From Oikopleura dioica (Eukaryota; Animalia; Chordata), in assembly GCA_907165135.1 (NCBI GenBank), contig OU015569.1, positions 4,774,001-4,838,000 of the forward strand: a stretch of 64,000 nt of DNA, written 5' to 3'. Each line of letters opens with the position of its first letter. Position 1 is the first letter of the stretch. The notes beneath the pieces are model-generated. The model was not told the DNA's origin and searched no databases. It saw only the letters and a program-made list of their open reading frames with translations. Of this stretch, positions 24,003-35,958 are shown piece by piece. Made by a program: the position numbers and the translations under genes.

Positions 24003-25756
24003 ATGCCTGAAAACTTTGGGAATTTATTGTACTACACAAACGATGTCAACTGCAACGATGACCCTTACAAAGGGTTGAAGGTTTTGACGAAGCAAGGAAC
24101 TGCGGATTGCAACGATCGTGTCATTTTCGACGTACCTGATGACAAAGCGGCTCTCAAACTGGACGAGTGTATGTTTCAATTCAAGATGACAATCCCGGAA
24201 AATTTCGTGCCCGACAACGATGTTCACGCTAAAATTGTCAAAAAGCTTGATGTAAAGATTCTTGATAATAGGATCTTTTCATCGTTTGACACTCACGAAT
24301 ATACGTTCTTCAATCATTTTATCACAAAGTTGAATTACTCTCCGCTGGCGCAAGAGTGTGAGCTTTTTCCCAGCGGACGATTTGACAGCTTGGATCCGGA
24401 TTCTGAAGAATTGACAACGATTCAAGTGAGAAGAAACGGTCTTAACTTGGCGGAAAATCGTCGACAGTATGGAAATTCTCGATGGCAAAAAGCGCAAGAA
24501 AAAATCAATGGCTACAACTATGAGATTTTGATGTATGATTATTCTTTCCGAGCGCCGATAATTCACGGTCTTTGCCGTCAAAATAGAGTGCTTCCCTCTG
24601 GATCACGCCCGAATTTCGAAGTTTATCTGAACGAGCAAGGCAATGTTTTGATGGAAGTCGAAAAATACACCAAATGCCGAATGACTGTACCTGGAATTAA
24701 TTCTCTGACGACTGGAGATTTGCCACCAAATATCAAGACAATAGATTCAGAACGAGCGCATGCAACTAAAGCCGATTGTGATTGCACCGATGAAAAGTAC
24801 CGATCCGGGAAATATAAAAATTTGAAGCAGATTCAAGCCAAAGGAGAAGTGATTGAAACAGTTCTTTCTAAACTGTATGGATCCGATACCTTCAAAGCTC
24901 ATAGCTTTGATGAAGCTGTTGCTAGTGTCACAATGGATACAGAGGACGAACGATATGGCTACATTTGGATGGATCTGAAGCTTGACCCAAAGTCGACGGT
25001 TGAAGTCAAAGATTATATTCTTGAGGCGGCATACTGTGAACCTGGCAAGGAAGAAAAACCACTCTCGACGGGCGTTAAAGGTGAAGGGGTGATTCCCTTT
25101 TTTTACCCTCGTTTTACTAGAAAAACGCTGCCAGTTGGACTCAGTCAACACGATATCGAATTGAGCACAGGACCGTTACCAAAGATGATCATTATAACAG
25201 GAATGCCACACGGACGCTACGATGGTCACAATTTCCGACTGTGCACAACAAAAACATCGATGATTGATGAAAAATTCCGAATCAAGTCTTTTACGGTATT
25301 TGTTGATAATCGACCTGCATTTAGATCGCCCTGGACGACGGCTCAAGAACACTACATAAATTACATGAAGCACAATGGCCGCTGGGCCAATAAAGCGGTT
25401 GCACTCGGTCAAGACTTTTTTGCTTTTCAAAAGTACAATTGGATGGTGCCACTTTTCTTTGACGATCGAGTTGGAAGCACGGGGATTGTGACTGTTCGAA
25501 TTGAATTTGAAGAAAATTTGGAGGAACATTGGGATGCATGCATTATGAAGATTCCCCGAAACGAGCTATTTTTGGATGCGAATAGAAACGGTAAATAAAT
25601 GTTCATTTGTAATTGCTAACTTTTTATTTAGAAGCGAGCGTATTGCAAAAAAAGCGCAGCTGGAAAGAAGCGAAAAGAACCTGAACTGAAGGAGGCGTAC
25701 AAAAAATGCTCGAAGAAAAAGGACGTGCATAACAAGAGCGCAACAAGCGGCAGCTA
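24003..25756 (+). CDS. Major capsid protein (double jelly-roll) with a spliced basic C-terminal exon
   Basis: 531-aa ORF 24003-25598 with Polinton MCP-like motifs (PDNDVH..., KLNYSPLAQECEL...GRFD, IHGLCRQNRVLPSG, YPRFTRK...GPLPKMIIITG). A GTAAA...TTTAG intron at ~25591-25631 leads to a K/R-rich tail. Confidence 0.85.
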
Positions 25757-25797
25757 GCGCTATTTAAACGACTGTGTTTTGAATAAATGTGATCAAA

Positions 25798-28700
25798 ATG
25801 AAATTGACAAGATTTTTGCCCGCGAAACGAAAGTTTTCTCGAGCAGAGAGAAAAAAGGTTGATAATTATTTGACTTTATGTAAACCGCCAGAAGAGAGAC
25901 CTTGCGAAGAATTGTCGAACCTTTACGAATGTTTGTTAATCGGTCGAAACTGGTGGAATTTTTTACGAAGAACTGCTCCTAAAATACCTGACGATATTTC
26001 TCCTGAGCTCAAACAGGAATTACTTGACGTTGATACGTCAGGTTTAAAATCTCGATTTGGGCCTAATCCAAGGCGAGCGGATCTACCTCAGATTGAAGAT
26101 TATCTTGGAATAGATTTATATCTGATGTATGGTGGTAATTTTAGCCCGCTGGGTATATCATATCGCCCAAATCGTTTTGCTGAAGTTTTGTCTGTTCGCA
26201 ATGTTTTGGAGAATTATGATCGTAATGCTTCGGCGATTTTCGGCGAGGAGCAAGGTCACCGACCAAGAGTGATTCTACAATCGGCAAGAGCGTTTTTCAA
26301 CGAATTGGGAATGTTTCATGTTATACCGTCGAGAACGATTGCAGAAGCGACACAACGTGATTGGATTCACTTGTGGCAAGCAATTGTTAAATTTCGCTGG
26401 CCAGATTGTTTGGATGTTGACGAAAAGATCCGGTATGTCAAGTGGAGACTCGATATCAAGGAGGATGAAAAATTTACGATTGCAGATCGAATATTTGAGC
26501 GAATAAGAGTGTGCTTTCAAATTCCAGTGCGACTTTTTGCGGGGAAGATAATTAATGACAATGTTAATAACAAACGCTGTTATTATGCTACACAACCGAT
26601 AAAAAACAAAAAATATCTTAATTTGCTGGTGGCGAGTTATCCTCCGGATGTTTTTGCGCGTGAATTTAAGAAATTTGCAAATGTTGATTATGATGAGCTT
26701 GTCAGAAATCCTTCGAAAAATCGCATTATTGCAGCAGATTACGAATATGAACGCTGGCGTACAAGTGCTGATCAAGGTTTTCGCGCTCACGGTGACATAA
26801 CAAGTGACGACGAAGAGGAAGAGAACCCTTTTGAAGAGTTTCACTCTTTTGCTCAGAATCCGTTTGTCAACGCTGAAGCCTCGGAAGATGATCACTCTGG
26901 TTATAATTCTGACGAAAGTTATGAAAACAACAGTAGCGAAAGCGAAGAAGAAGAAGAAGAGCTTTTTACTGAAAATTATCGCCCGATTCGTAATTTGACT
27001 TGTCAAGTGCCAAATGTTTTCGACGATGACACACTTGTTCGAATTTTAAAGGATCGAGAAGTAAAAGAATTGCCAGTTTGCCCGACAAAAAATTGTCTCT
27101 ACACTCATGAAAGACCATCTTGCATGCAAAAACATGTGAAAACATGTACCAACGAAACAAAAGTACGCATTCGTCAGAGTGTCCAAGATGGCTCTATAAT
27201 TGATTTCGTTGGTGAGCTTGTTGCTGAAGGATATTTGCCGTCGTTGGATTTTACGCAAGATTTCTACGTGGCATACGACATTGAATGTTTAATGTCGCGA
27301 GATATGCTCACTTTGGGACATGAAGATTCGCGTAAATTTCACAATTTGGTGTCACTCGTCAGCCTGACAAATGACGGCGAGCGAAAGTACTTTACTCGGA
27401 AAGATATGCGCTATGAATCTGTTTTGGTGATGTTAACCGAATTCGTCAATTATTTGATAGATTTGCGCGAGAATATGGAATCTTTCCTGCCACCTTCAAT
27501 CATCAAAGGGATCGAATATTACAAAGATGAACTTGGAGTGAAAGAGCGCCGATTGAAACACACCTTTGACGAAATTGGAGTGATGAGAAAAAAACTTCAA
27601 TATCTAAAGGATTTTACAAAACTTCGTATTTACGCCTGGAACGGTGAAAAATATGATTTGAACGTTATCTATCCGATGCTTGCCTCGGTGCTGTACGAAT
27701 TTGTCGGTCAAAAGAGTAAAGACATTTATCCGATAAAGCGCGGCGGTGGATATATGATGCTTGATGCGGCAGGTTTGAGCTTTCGCGATTTCATGAACTT
27801 GTCGGGACCGATGAAACTTGAAAAATTGGCAAATTCGTGTGGCCTCGATTCGAAAGAGTACTCTAAAGGATGCTTTCCGTATGAATGGTATACAAAGGTT
27901 GAGCATCTTTACGCTGCAAAAAATTTTCCCGCTTATCCGTGCTTTTATTCGACGCTAGAATCTGGCGCCGCTTCAAAGGCTGAAACATATGCCACAAAGA
28001 TGAACGAAATTATAGTCGAGCGCTGTGCTGAAATTATGCCCGAACGACGATGGAATCGTGACGAAGGATTAATTATTCAACTTGTTCAGTATTTGGGCTT
28101 GGATTCGCTTGTAACAGATCCAGTTTTAATTGAGTGGTGTGAAACGAATGGCGACTGTACACCAAAAGATATTTTCAAAAAACATCTTTCAATGCTGAAA
28201 AGAAAGTTTCTGTATCATGCAGAGAAGCGATGCCATCAATGCGATCCGAAAGATGCTGAAATTCGCGAGTTTTTTCGCTTTGATCCTGTCAAATATGAAG
28301 AAAGCAACCTGCTGTGGGATGAGATGGAGGTGGCGGAGAATCACTACTGTGGCGCTCAAAGTAACATGAATATGATGCTGTATTTGATCAATTACAACTA
28401 CAACGATGTAAAATTACTGGTTGGCTCGATTGATCGATATGCAGCAAATTACAAGCGTAAATTCGGCCTTGGTGTTCATGCGGATATTTCAATTGCCAAA
28501 ATGGCTCAGAAAATTGCGTTTATTCGTTACGATAAGAAATGCCCGCCACTGTACTCGCCACCAGCAAAAGCTGATTTCTATTACAACGATTGTCGACAAA
28601 AGTTACTTGGAGGCATTTGTCAAGTTTTACACCGCGCGATTTATCTGAATCACAAGCATGATGATCCACGAATTCCAAATGCTGCAAAATTTGCGCCAAA

Positions 28701-31238
28701 CGGTGAACGCTACAAGACTGTAGTTTCACTTGATTTTAACTCGCTTTATCCGTGGGCTGTTCGACGAGAGTTACCCCTTGGTCCAGGAATTTTATATAAA
28801 ATGGCGGACAAATGGGATGGACGATGTCGAAGTGATGCATACAAATTTTACAATCAAGGACTCTTTTGTCAGAAGCAAAACAGCTCACTCGAGTCGATTC
28901 GCTGGCTCGAGTACTTGAATTGGAGCGAGTACGACGGACGTATAGAACACAGCTACAATTTGCGTGAAAAAAAAATCGCGGGTCATTTTGTTGACGGATA
29001 TGCAGAATTGCCTGATACCTTTGTTGCACCATCAATTCCGAAAAAGGTTATTTTCGAATTTCGTGGCTGCACCTATCATACCTGCCCGGTCAAGGAGTGC
29101 AAAGTAAAACCCTGGCTTGGCGTGAAAAAGACGATGAAAGACGACGAAGGTAAAAACATTATTGTGGAGATAAGCGCAGATGAATTGCGCAAAGAAGACG
29201 ATGCTAGAATTCACAAAATTGTGGACCACCTGCGCGCCGAATACAACGACGATTTAAAAATGCCACAACGTTGGGGCGAGCGACCTGGAGAAATTTTGGA
29301 CGAATATGGACCGTTGAATTTCCGCCATCGGATCGAGATCATTTACTCTTGTCAATGGAAGAAACTCTGGTCGCGACTCGAGCTATTGAACACACCACCC
29401 ATTTCAAAATCTTATCCGCTGATTTTCAAAGGGGCTGAACAAAAACACTCTGGTTGTAAAATGTTTGAAGCAGGCGTCACGGAAGAAGACTTTTTAAAAA
29501 CTTTGAGGGAAACGTATCAATCTGACGAGAATCCCAAAGACATACTAAAATCACGATCGAAGTTTTTCGGAATTGCGCTTGTTGATTTGGAATCGCCGCC
29601 TCAAGTCATTGTTGAAAATCCTCACGTGCCGCCAATATTTGCAAAAATGAAACTCGAATCTGACATGCTGCACGGATATATGAAACGTGTACTGCCAAGC
29701 AAAATGGTGGAACAACTTTATCCCTCGGAGGAGAACATTTTTTGCTACAACACGAAGCGCTATTTGGCAACAAGTGAGATGCTTGCCTACTTGGATCGCA
29801 AGGGTCTCAAAATACGAGTTCATTATTTCATTGAATATTATCGAGGTTCGCCTTTTGAGAATTTTGTTGCCACAATGGTAAAAGATCGAGTTGCTGCAAA
29901 AGTGGCAAATAATGATACAATGCAACTCGTCATCAAACTGATTCTAAATGCAATGGTGGGACGTTTTGCTTTGGCTGTTTCGCGCTTTATGGCGACGAAA
30001 ATCGTCGGCGCCGACAAGATGTACGATGCGATACGATCGCCCTTGCTTCATTCAACAAAACCCCTCCGAGTTGAAGATATTGCGTTGGATCCTTTGCACG
30101 AGATTGTAAGCAAAAAGAAACGAGTCACCGAAGACTTGGCGATTCATGTGCAAATTTTTGTCTACCAGGAATGATTTTACTCTTGTCTTCTCCGAGCGAA
30201 GCCGTACGGCAAGCTCGGAGCCCAGGCCCGAAGGGACTGGCGGAAAATGGCCCCCCTCCCCCGAGCGAAGCTCGGGCCGCAAAATCCGGGCCCGAGGGCC
30301 CGGATTTTGCTAAACCTTGTGGCGACCTCCCTCGCCGTACGGCTGCGGTCGGGTCCTCGGCTTGCCTGCGGCTTCGCCTCGGAAACCCTGTGCGAGGGGG
30401 GTTTGTTTTGATGATTGGCAGTAGCCATAATTGTGTTTTGCGGCGGGGAGAAGATGAATTAAAATGTAAAGGGGGTTGATTTGAATGAAATGTTGCGTTT
30501 GTTTTAGTAAGCGTCTTTGTTTAAATCGTAGTGAAATCATAAAAAAGAACTCAAAATTATTATTCATGAGCTTTTTGGACGTTCTGAAAAAGTATCTAAG
30601 ACCCGGCTCATACAAGTTTTGCTATGCCGATACAGATTCTTTTATGCTAGCTCTAACTGAAGACACCATCGGTGAATGTGTAAAGTCGGGTTTAAAGACG
30701 GAATGGGAAGAAAAGATTGTGCCGCTATGGTTTGTGGACAAGAAGAATGTAGCCACTGAAAAAGAGCCAGGCTTGCTCAAGCCCGAAGCAACGATTCGAA
30801 GCGGTTGGTTTATCGCACCGTCGCCTAAATGTTACATTATGGTTGAAAAACCGCCGTGTGAACTTGAAGCAAAAATATGCGATCCAAAGAATGAAGACAA
30901 AATTCTCGATCTGCTGGCAGAAGAAAAGGCCACCTATGTTGTCAAAAAGAAATCTTCAAAAGGATGCAAGGAAAGCGTTTCGCTTTGGTAAGTTTGTTTG
31001 AAATTTTTTAAATTTTTATTTTAGCCCGTATGAATATCTTGCCGCTGTATTTGGAGCAAATTTTGATAATAAAATCGAAAAAGATGTTCCAGTTTTCCAA
31101 ATGAATCGCAAACGAGACCGAATGCAAACGTACATGATGCGCCGGCAAGTCTTCAACAGTGTCCTCAAGAAGCGCGTCGTCCACGAAGACAAAATCACAA
31201 CAACACCACTTGTCACCTCTGACGGAACATTTGTTTAA
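25798..31238 (+). CDS. polB: Protein-primed family B DNA polymerase, 3 exons
   Basis: Exonuclease motifs YDIEC, WNGEKYDL and YNYNDV; Pol motif A SLDFNSLYP, motif B KLILNAMVGRF and motif C YADTDS (exon 2). Introns 30169-30547 and 30988-31024. C-terminus KRVVHEDKITTTPL. Confidence 0.96.
30169..30547 (+). other. Predicted non-canonical GA-AG intron in polB containing a GC-rich hairpin cluster
   Basis: Removing it joins FVYQ|NSKLLFMSFLDVLKKYL in frame, matching the Polinton FVYxxAKLRMLxFxYDFL segment. Hairpins lie at 30190-30220, 30222-30240, 30260-30276 and 30279-30310. Confidence 0.75.
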
Positions 31239-31270
31239 ATACAGTTGTCTTTCTGTGACTTTAATTAAGA

Positions 31271-32219
31271 ATGGGTATTATAATGTCAATGTTTAAAAAA
31301 CCTCGAATCATTCAAACGCCGCAGGAGCCGAATCAAGAGGCTCAGTCTACTGAAGAGTCGATTTCTAATGCAGAGAGTATACTCGACTATATCCAACGAG
31401 TTCGCTCGTCATCAAGAAAAAGTGCAAAATTATCTCCGCCAGAAAGGTGGGCAAATTCACTTGATAAACCCAATTCACGCTTTAATTTAACGCCAAAACA
31501 ACTAACTTGGTTCTTCCCGGTTGCAAAGGATGCACCCAATTGGCAATACGAAGGAGAGTACATTGATAGTGGTAATCAAGCGAATAAAGAATATCTTGAG
31601 GAGCATTATAAGCTGATTGAACCTGCACCCGATTACTTTGACGAAGATGAGCTGCCAATACTGCTGGCAGCAGATTCGCTACTTACCCATCCTCCACTGT
31701 ACTTTATCAGTAAGTGAAATTTGTTTAAATTGGTAAAATATTCTTTTAGAACAACATTGGACTCATAATCGTATTCTGCTTGGTGGTGATATATACGGCC
31801 GACTTTACGAAGTTGTAAACCGCTATAGAATTACGCTGCTGAACGATGTAGACATCCAAGAGCATGTGAAAAATTTGGCTGAGAATCTCAACGGTTTGCT
31901 ACGAGTGTCTGTGGATGCTTGGTACTCGACCGTTAGCCATCGAACAGTGGAAGAAAATGGCGTATCCCGCGTTGAAGCCAAGTACGGAATAATTTACCCC
32001 AATACTTGGGGTTCAGTTAATAATACAGAATTTTTACGCAACGATGAGGATCTTGAGCAGCTGCTTGATGAAATAACGCCTGTTTCTTTTCGCGACAAAC
32101 TACTCAAAAACACTTTTTGGAGGAGAGATGTCTACCAAGAAAGTAACGTCAGACTACATCGAATTCTTGCCTATCAAGTTCAAATCCTTTCTTATCCGCC
32201 ATCTTGGCTTTCAAAATAA
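31271..32219 (+). CDS. Polinton hypothetical protein, 2 exons, MG start
   Basis: ORFs 31271-31717 and 31866-32219 are joined in frame by a ~40-nt GTAAG...TTTAG intron (~31710-31749). Confidence 0.7.
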
Positions 32220-32249
32220 AACAACAAAAAACGCTTTACGATTATGATT

Positions 32250-33089
32250 TTATTTCTTGGAGTTGAACATGTTGTCAAAAAGAGTGATGTTGGTGGGGAC
32301 GGAAGGAATAAAGTTTTGAGCAGGTTGTGGTGGTGGTGGCGGTTGATAAAATGATGATTGCCGTCCTAGAGAGTGAATTTTACGCTGATTTGAAGCTTGT
32401 TTGTACCTAAAGGAGGCGTGGTTGTTTCTGGAGAGACGACTACAACGGGTACAGGCTCAGGCTCACGAAGAGAATCGTCTGGCGTGAGCGGCTCGGTCAA
32501 ATCAATCCAGGAGGTGCCTAAAACTCGTCAGAAAATGAAGTGTAAGTAAAGAATACCTGCATTGATTGCGTCGTCAATGATCTCATCTGAGAGAGGTAGT
32601 GGCGAGGTAGGCTTCATGGCAATTGCCGCCTCGTATGGTGGCGGTGGCGGTGGCGCGGCAGTAGGTTCTTTCAGCATTGTTTTGATTGATTCGATTTGTT
32701 GAACCTCGTCAGGTGTTTTCACCTTTGGTGTAAGCTTGTAAAGCTCACTAAAGAGAAAATAGAAATGACAAATGAAGAGTAAAGTACCTTTTGATTTTTA
32801 CGGGCGGGCTGGAAACTTCGATTCCACTGTCAGGAGTTTCTGTCTGGCCGTGAACTCGAGTCTCATACAGAACGAAATCGTTCAAGCTGTAGAGGCTTGA
32901 GAATTTCACTGTTTTTATAAAACTTTCTCTTCTCAGCGCAATGTAGCCGTAATCGACGCAGGAGGAATACTTGAGTATTCGGTTGAGTTTATCGTTTGTA
33001 ATCTCTGTTCGAGCCAGACAAAAGTGGATATACTTGTTTGCGAAATTGTTGACCATTGCGTTGAAGGCGTTTCTTTGGCGGTTTTTCAC
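32250..33089 (-). CDS. Proline-rich spliced protein segment with PPxY (possibly the 3' part of the upstream 34753 gene)
   Basis: Intron 32787-32748 and two further ~35-40-nt introns link KIKS-ELYKLTPK...EPTAAPPPPPPYEAA...QPPPPPQP...SKK-stop at 32250. Confidence 0.6.
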
Positions 33090-33113
33090 GAAATTTTTAT
33101 CTCGAAAAAAATG

Positions 33114-34753
33114 TCAGGACAAACCGCCCCTGTACGCAACGATTGTAGATTCTCGCAAGTGACGATATCGCGTCATCAGGTGGAGGCGCTTTGTTCGCTC
33201 GGCGAATGACTCGTTAAGCCCTTTTGTCTGCGTAAGCATAACAGTCACTTCGCTTGGCGTGTGGCATAGCAGCGCTCTGATTCGTCGACGCTCACTTTCC
33301 AGATTGGTAATGAGAAAACGACGAATTACTAAAATTCTGCCAAAGATCAAAACATTCGCTTTACCTGCGAGATAAATCAGATGGCAGTTTTCCGTATCAT
33401 CGCGAATAAGCGACAATCGATAGCTGCACCTTTCAATCAAATTTTGCCAGTTGGCAGCGTTTGGAATTTGGGTGTAATCGACGTTTCCGTTGTCATAAGG
33501 GTACGAATGGAAGCTTGCGGGAATCCAATTGTCGTCTTCTACGATGCTCAACTCCACCTTGTCGTAAACGCTGTCGACGATGGCTTCCACTGTGAAAAGA
33601 TAATCGAACATGTTGGTGTCGATGATCGAAAGAGGAATCAGCTCGTTTTCGCTTGGCGTAAACTGGTAAGAAGTTTTTTGATCCCCGTAGCTTGCAGTAC
33701 AGAGTGATTTGAGCAGTGCCAAGTAATCTTCAGTGACGTCTTGACCAAATCGAAAAGATTTGTCAATCTTGCCTTTGGCTGGTAGATCGAGCGCTCCGAA
33801 TTCTTCTGTAACGGATTTCGCTGTGGTAGATATCATTCTTATCTTGACGGAGTTTTCTTCGACAGTCGTCATCATCTTGATGCCCAAAACCGTAAGATAG
33901 AATTCGGACGCAGCGAGAGCCGCTTGAGCTTGTTGAACAGGAAGAAATCGGTCACAAATGTTCAAATCGATGAGCGAGCCCTGATGAAGATTGAAGTTGT
34001 GGGACGGGTGAGATCCCATCACGTTTTCGCTTTTACAGGTGTACATCAACCGGACAGTGTGCCAGTCGATCGTCTCCAGCGGCGTAAAACGTTTTCCTTC
34101 TTCAACATTCATCGGGCAATTTTCAAAGAGTGATTTCCGCTTTTGAGCCATTTTGAGCAAGGCGGTCGAATACTTGTTCCAAACTCTCAAAGTTCCTTCA
34201 ATGTTGCTAAAAATTTTTGTTATTGAGGTTTGAAAAAAAGACTGACCGGTGCTCGAGAGGTTGACGGTCGCTTCCGAGTGAATTGGATTCGGGAGCAATT
34301 TGATCAGGAAAACGGCAAACGTCAATACGGCCATGATTACGAACGAGTTGATCATCATGTTTACGAGCAGCAGCGCTAGTCGAAGGCTGTTCGGAATCAG
34401 TCTCAGAAACGCTCGCTTAAAAAATGGTAAATTATGTTCTTTAATTGAAAAATACCTTGATTCGAATTAGCCGAGCTCGAAAGCAATTGCGAATCTCCAA
34501 AAGAAGAATTCGCAGCCTGATCCGAGGGTCGACATTTCGATTTTGGTTGTTCAAAAGCAGATCCCTGAGATGAGCGACCTCGTTTTGAAGGTTTTCTTGC
34601 TCGAGGTTTAGAACTCGGCGAGCTTGACGAAGTCTTTCGAGCCTTGCCCTCGCATCCTGAAGACGCACTTCGACCCACTCGATTCGCACTTCGTGGCCTT
34701 CGTGAAGAGGATTTACCAGACGCTGCTGGCGACCCACAAAGTTCTGCATTCAT
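33114..34753 (-). CDS. Polinton hypothetical protein (~519 aa spliced) with an S/R/K-rich N-terminus
   Basis: Exons 34753-34456, 34415-34247 and 34206-33114 total 1560 nt with two 40-nt GT-AG introns. The phases are consistent. Confidence 0.7.
34187..34749 (-). CDS. Overprinted coiled-coil plus hydrophobic-tail protein (160 aa) using the same exons in another frame
   Basis: ATG 34749; exons of 294+169+20 = 483 nt read MQNFVGR...LERLRQARRVLNLEQENLQNEV...LALLLVNMMINSFVIMAVLTFAVFLIKLL...KEL-stop. Confidence 0.5.
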
Positions 34754-34814
34754 ACACTTTGACTAAATTTTTTAGTTTGCTCACAATTTGAAAAAATAAA
34801 ATGATAGTTTCAGG

Positions 34815-35867
34815 CTATTTAGGGTAAGAGATTGAATCTCTTGCAGAGATTCGAGCAGAGGCACGGGTTGGTTTTCTTGTTGGCTTTTTCTTGCGCTTCT
34901 GAATCTCTTCAACGTGAGCAACAACGGGGGCAGGGAGCGCTAGAACTGTCTGATCTGGTCGGATTTCTTCGTCGCTGTCTTCTTCAATTGTCTCCATTTG
35001 GCGACGATTTGGCTCTGGCGAAAGAAGGCACGGAGAGCTTTTGGAGACTTCGATGGGGTGCGAAAAGAAGCTAAAAAGTATTAAAATCTGTCCACAATGA
35101 GATAAAACTTACAGATTTCCCATTCGTCGCAAAAATGGTTGTCGAGAAGGGCTATCAAGATTTTCCAACTCTCGATCCATTCGCTCAAGTTTGAACTCTG
35201 TATGCTTTTTTTTGAGATATGTTTTCGTCATCGGTGTCACTGCTTCGCCGAAAAACTAAACAACTTTGATACATATCAAAATGAGATTTTATCTTACCGT
35301 TTCGCCGGGCTCTTCTTTTGGCTTTTTAATTTCCGGTTTTGGAAGCAACATTTGAGCTGGAGGAGGTGGAAAATCAGTTGATGGTGGTGCAGTGGCCGGT
35401 GGCGCAGGTCGAGGCGGAGGTGTTTTATGGCAACGATCGAACTTTTCGCCAACTTCTTGAATTCGTGATCTTTCATTTCGAACAGTATCACCTCGTTTTC
35501 GCGTACGACTTCGGCCTCGCCCGTTGCGAGAACGAGAGCGTGATCGCGATCGCGCTAAATTTCATAAATTTTAGGACATTGGAAAACAAGTACCTCTTTT
35601 GGTGGGTTGAGGGTTTTCATTCTTGACCGTTTGGGGAATTGGAGTTGTCTTTCCTGCCACGTGATCCGTTTCATTTTCTTCAATTTTGATACACGGGATG
35701 AACGAATAAACGCCGTCCAAGAATGTATTGAAAGCGTTTGAGCAACAATCTTTACACTTCAAGCAAAGAAATGTCACCATTCCGATCACCACCAAAACCA
35801 AAATGACAATCATGAGCATTCGTTCAGGTGTCATCTCACCGGTCAAACCAGCTGTTTCAATCGGCAT
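34815..35867 (-). CDS. Single-pass membrane protein with a Cys cluster, RS repeat and Pro-rich region, 4 exons, 309 aa
   Basis: Exons 35867-35594, 35554-35298, 35255-35113 and 35070-34815 total 930 nt, with introns of 39, 42 and 42 nt. MLMIVILVLVVIGMVTFL-CLKCKDCC...ARSRSRSRSR...PPPRPAPPATAPP. Confidence 0.75.
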
Positions 35868-35958
35868 CGGAACGGTTGGTTCAGCACTAAAACCGCGGTT
35901 AAAAAAATTTTTTTTTCAAAATTTTTGACCCCTTGGAATTTTCATGTGCTTAAAAATC

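Noticed and set aside
24024-29925. Antisense ORFs inside MCP and polB (e.g. 26275-27006, 24747-25151)
   Set aside because: They are typical shadow frames of long coding sequences, with biased composition and no motifs.
30171-30479. GC-rich ORFs overlapping the polB intron on both strands
   Set aside because: They are open only because the palindromic GC island lacks stop codons. They have no protein-like features.
33399-34072. CpG-type transitions between the copies as evidence of methylation-driven decay
   Set aside because: Only three transitions were seen, two in CpG context and in opposite copies. That is too few, and not all bases were compared.
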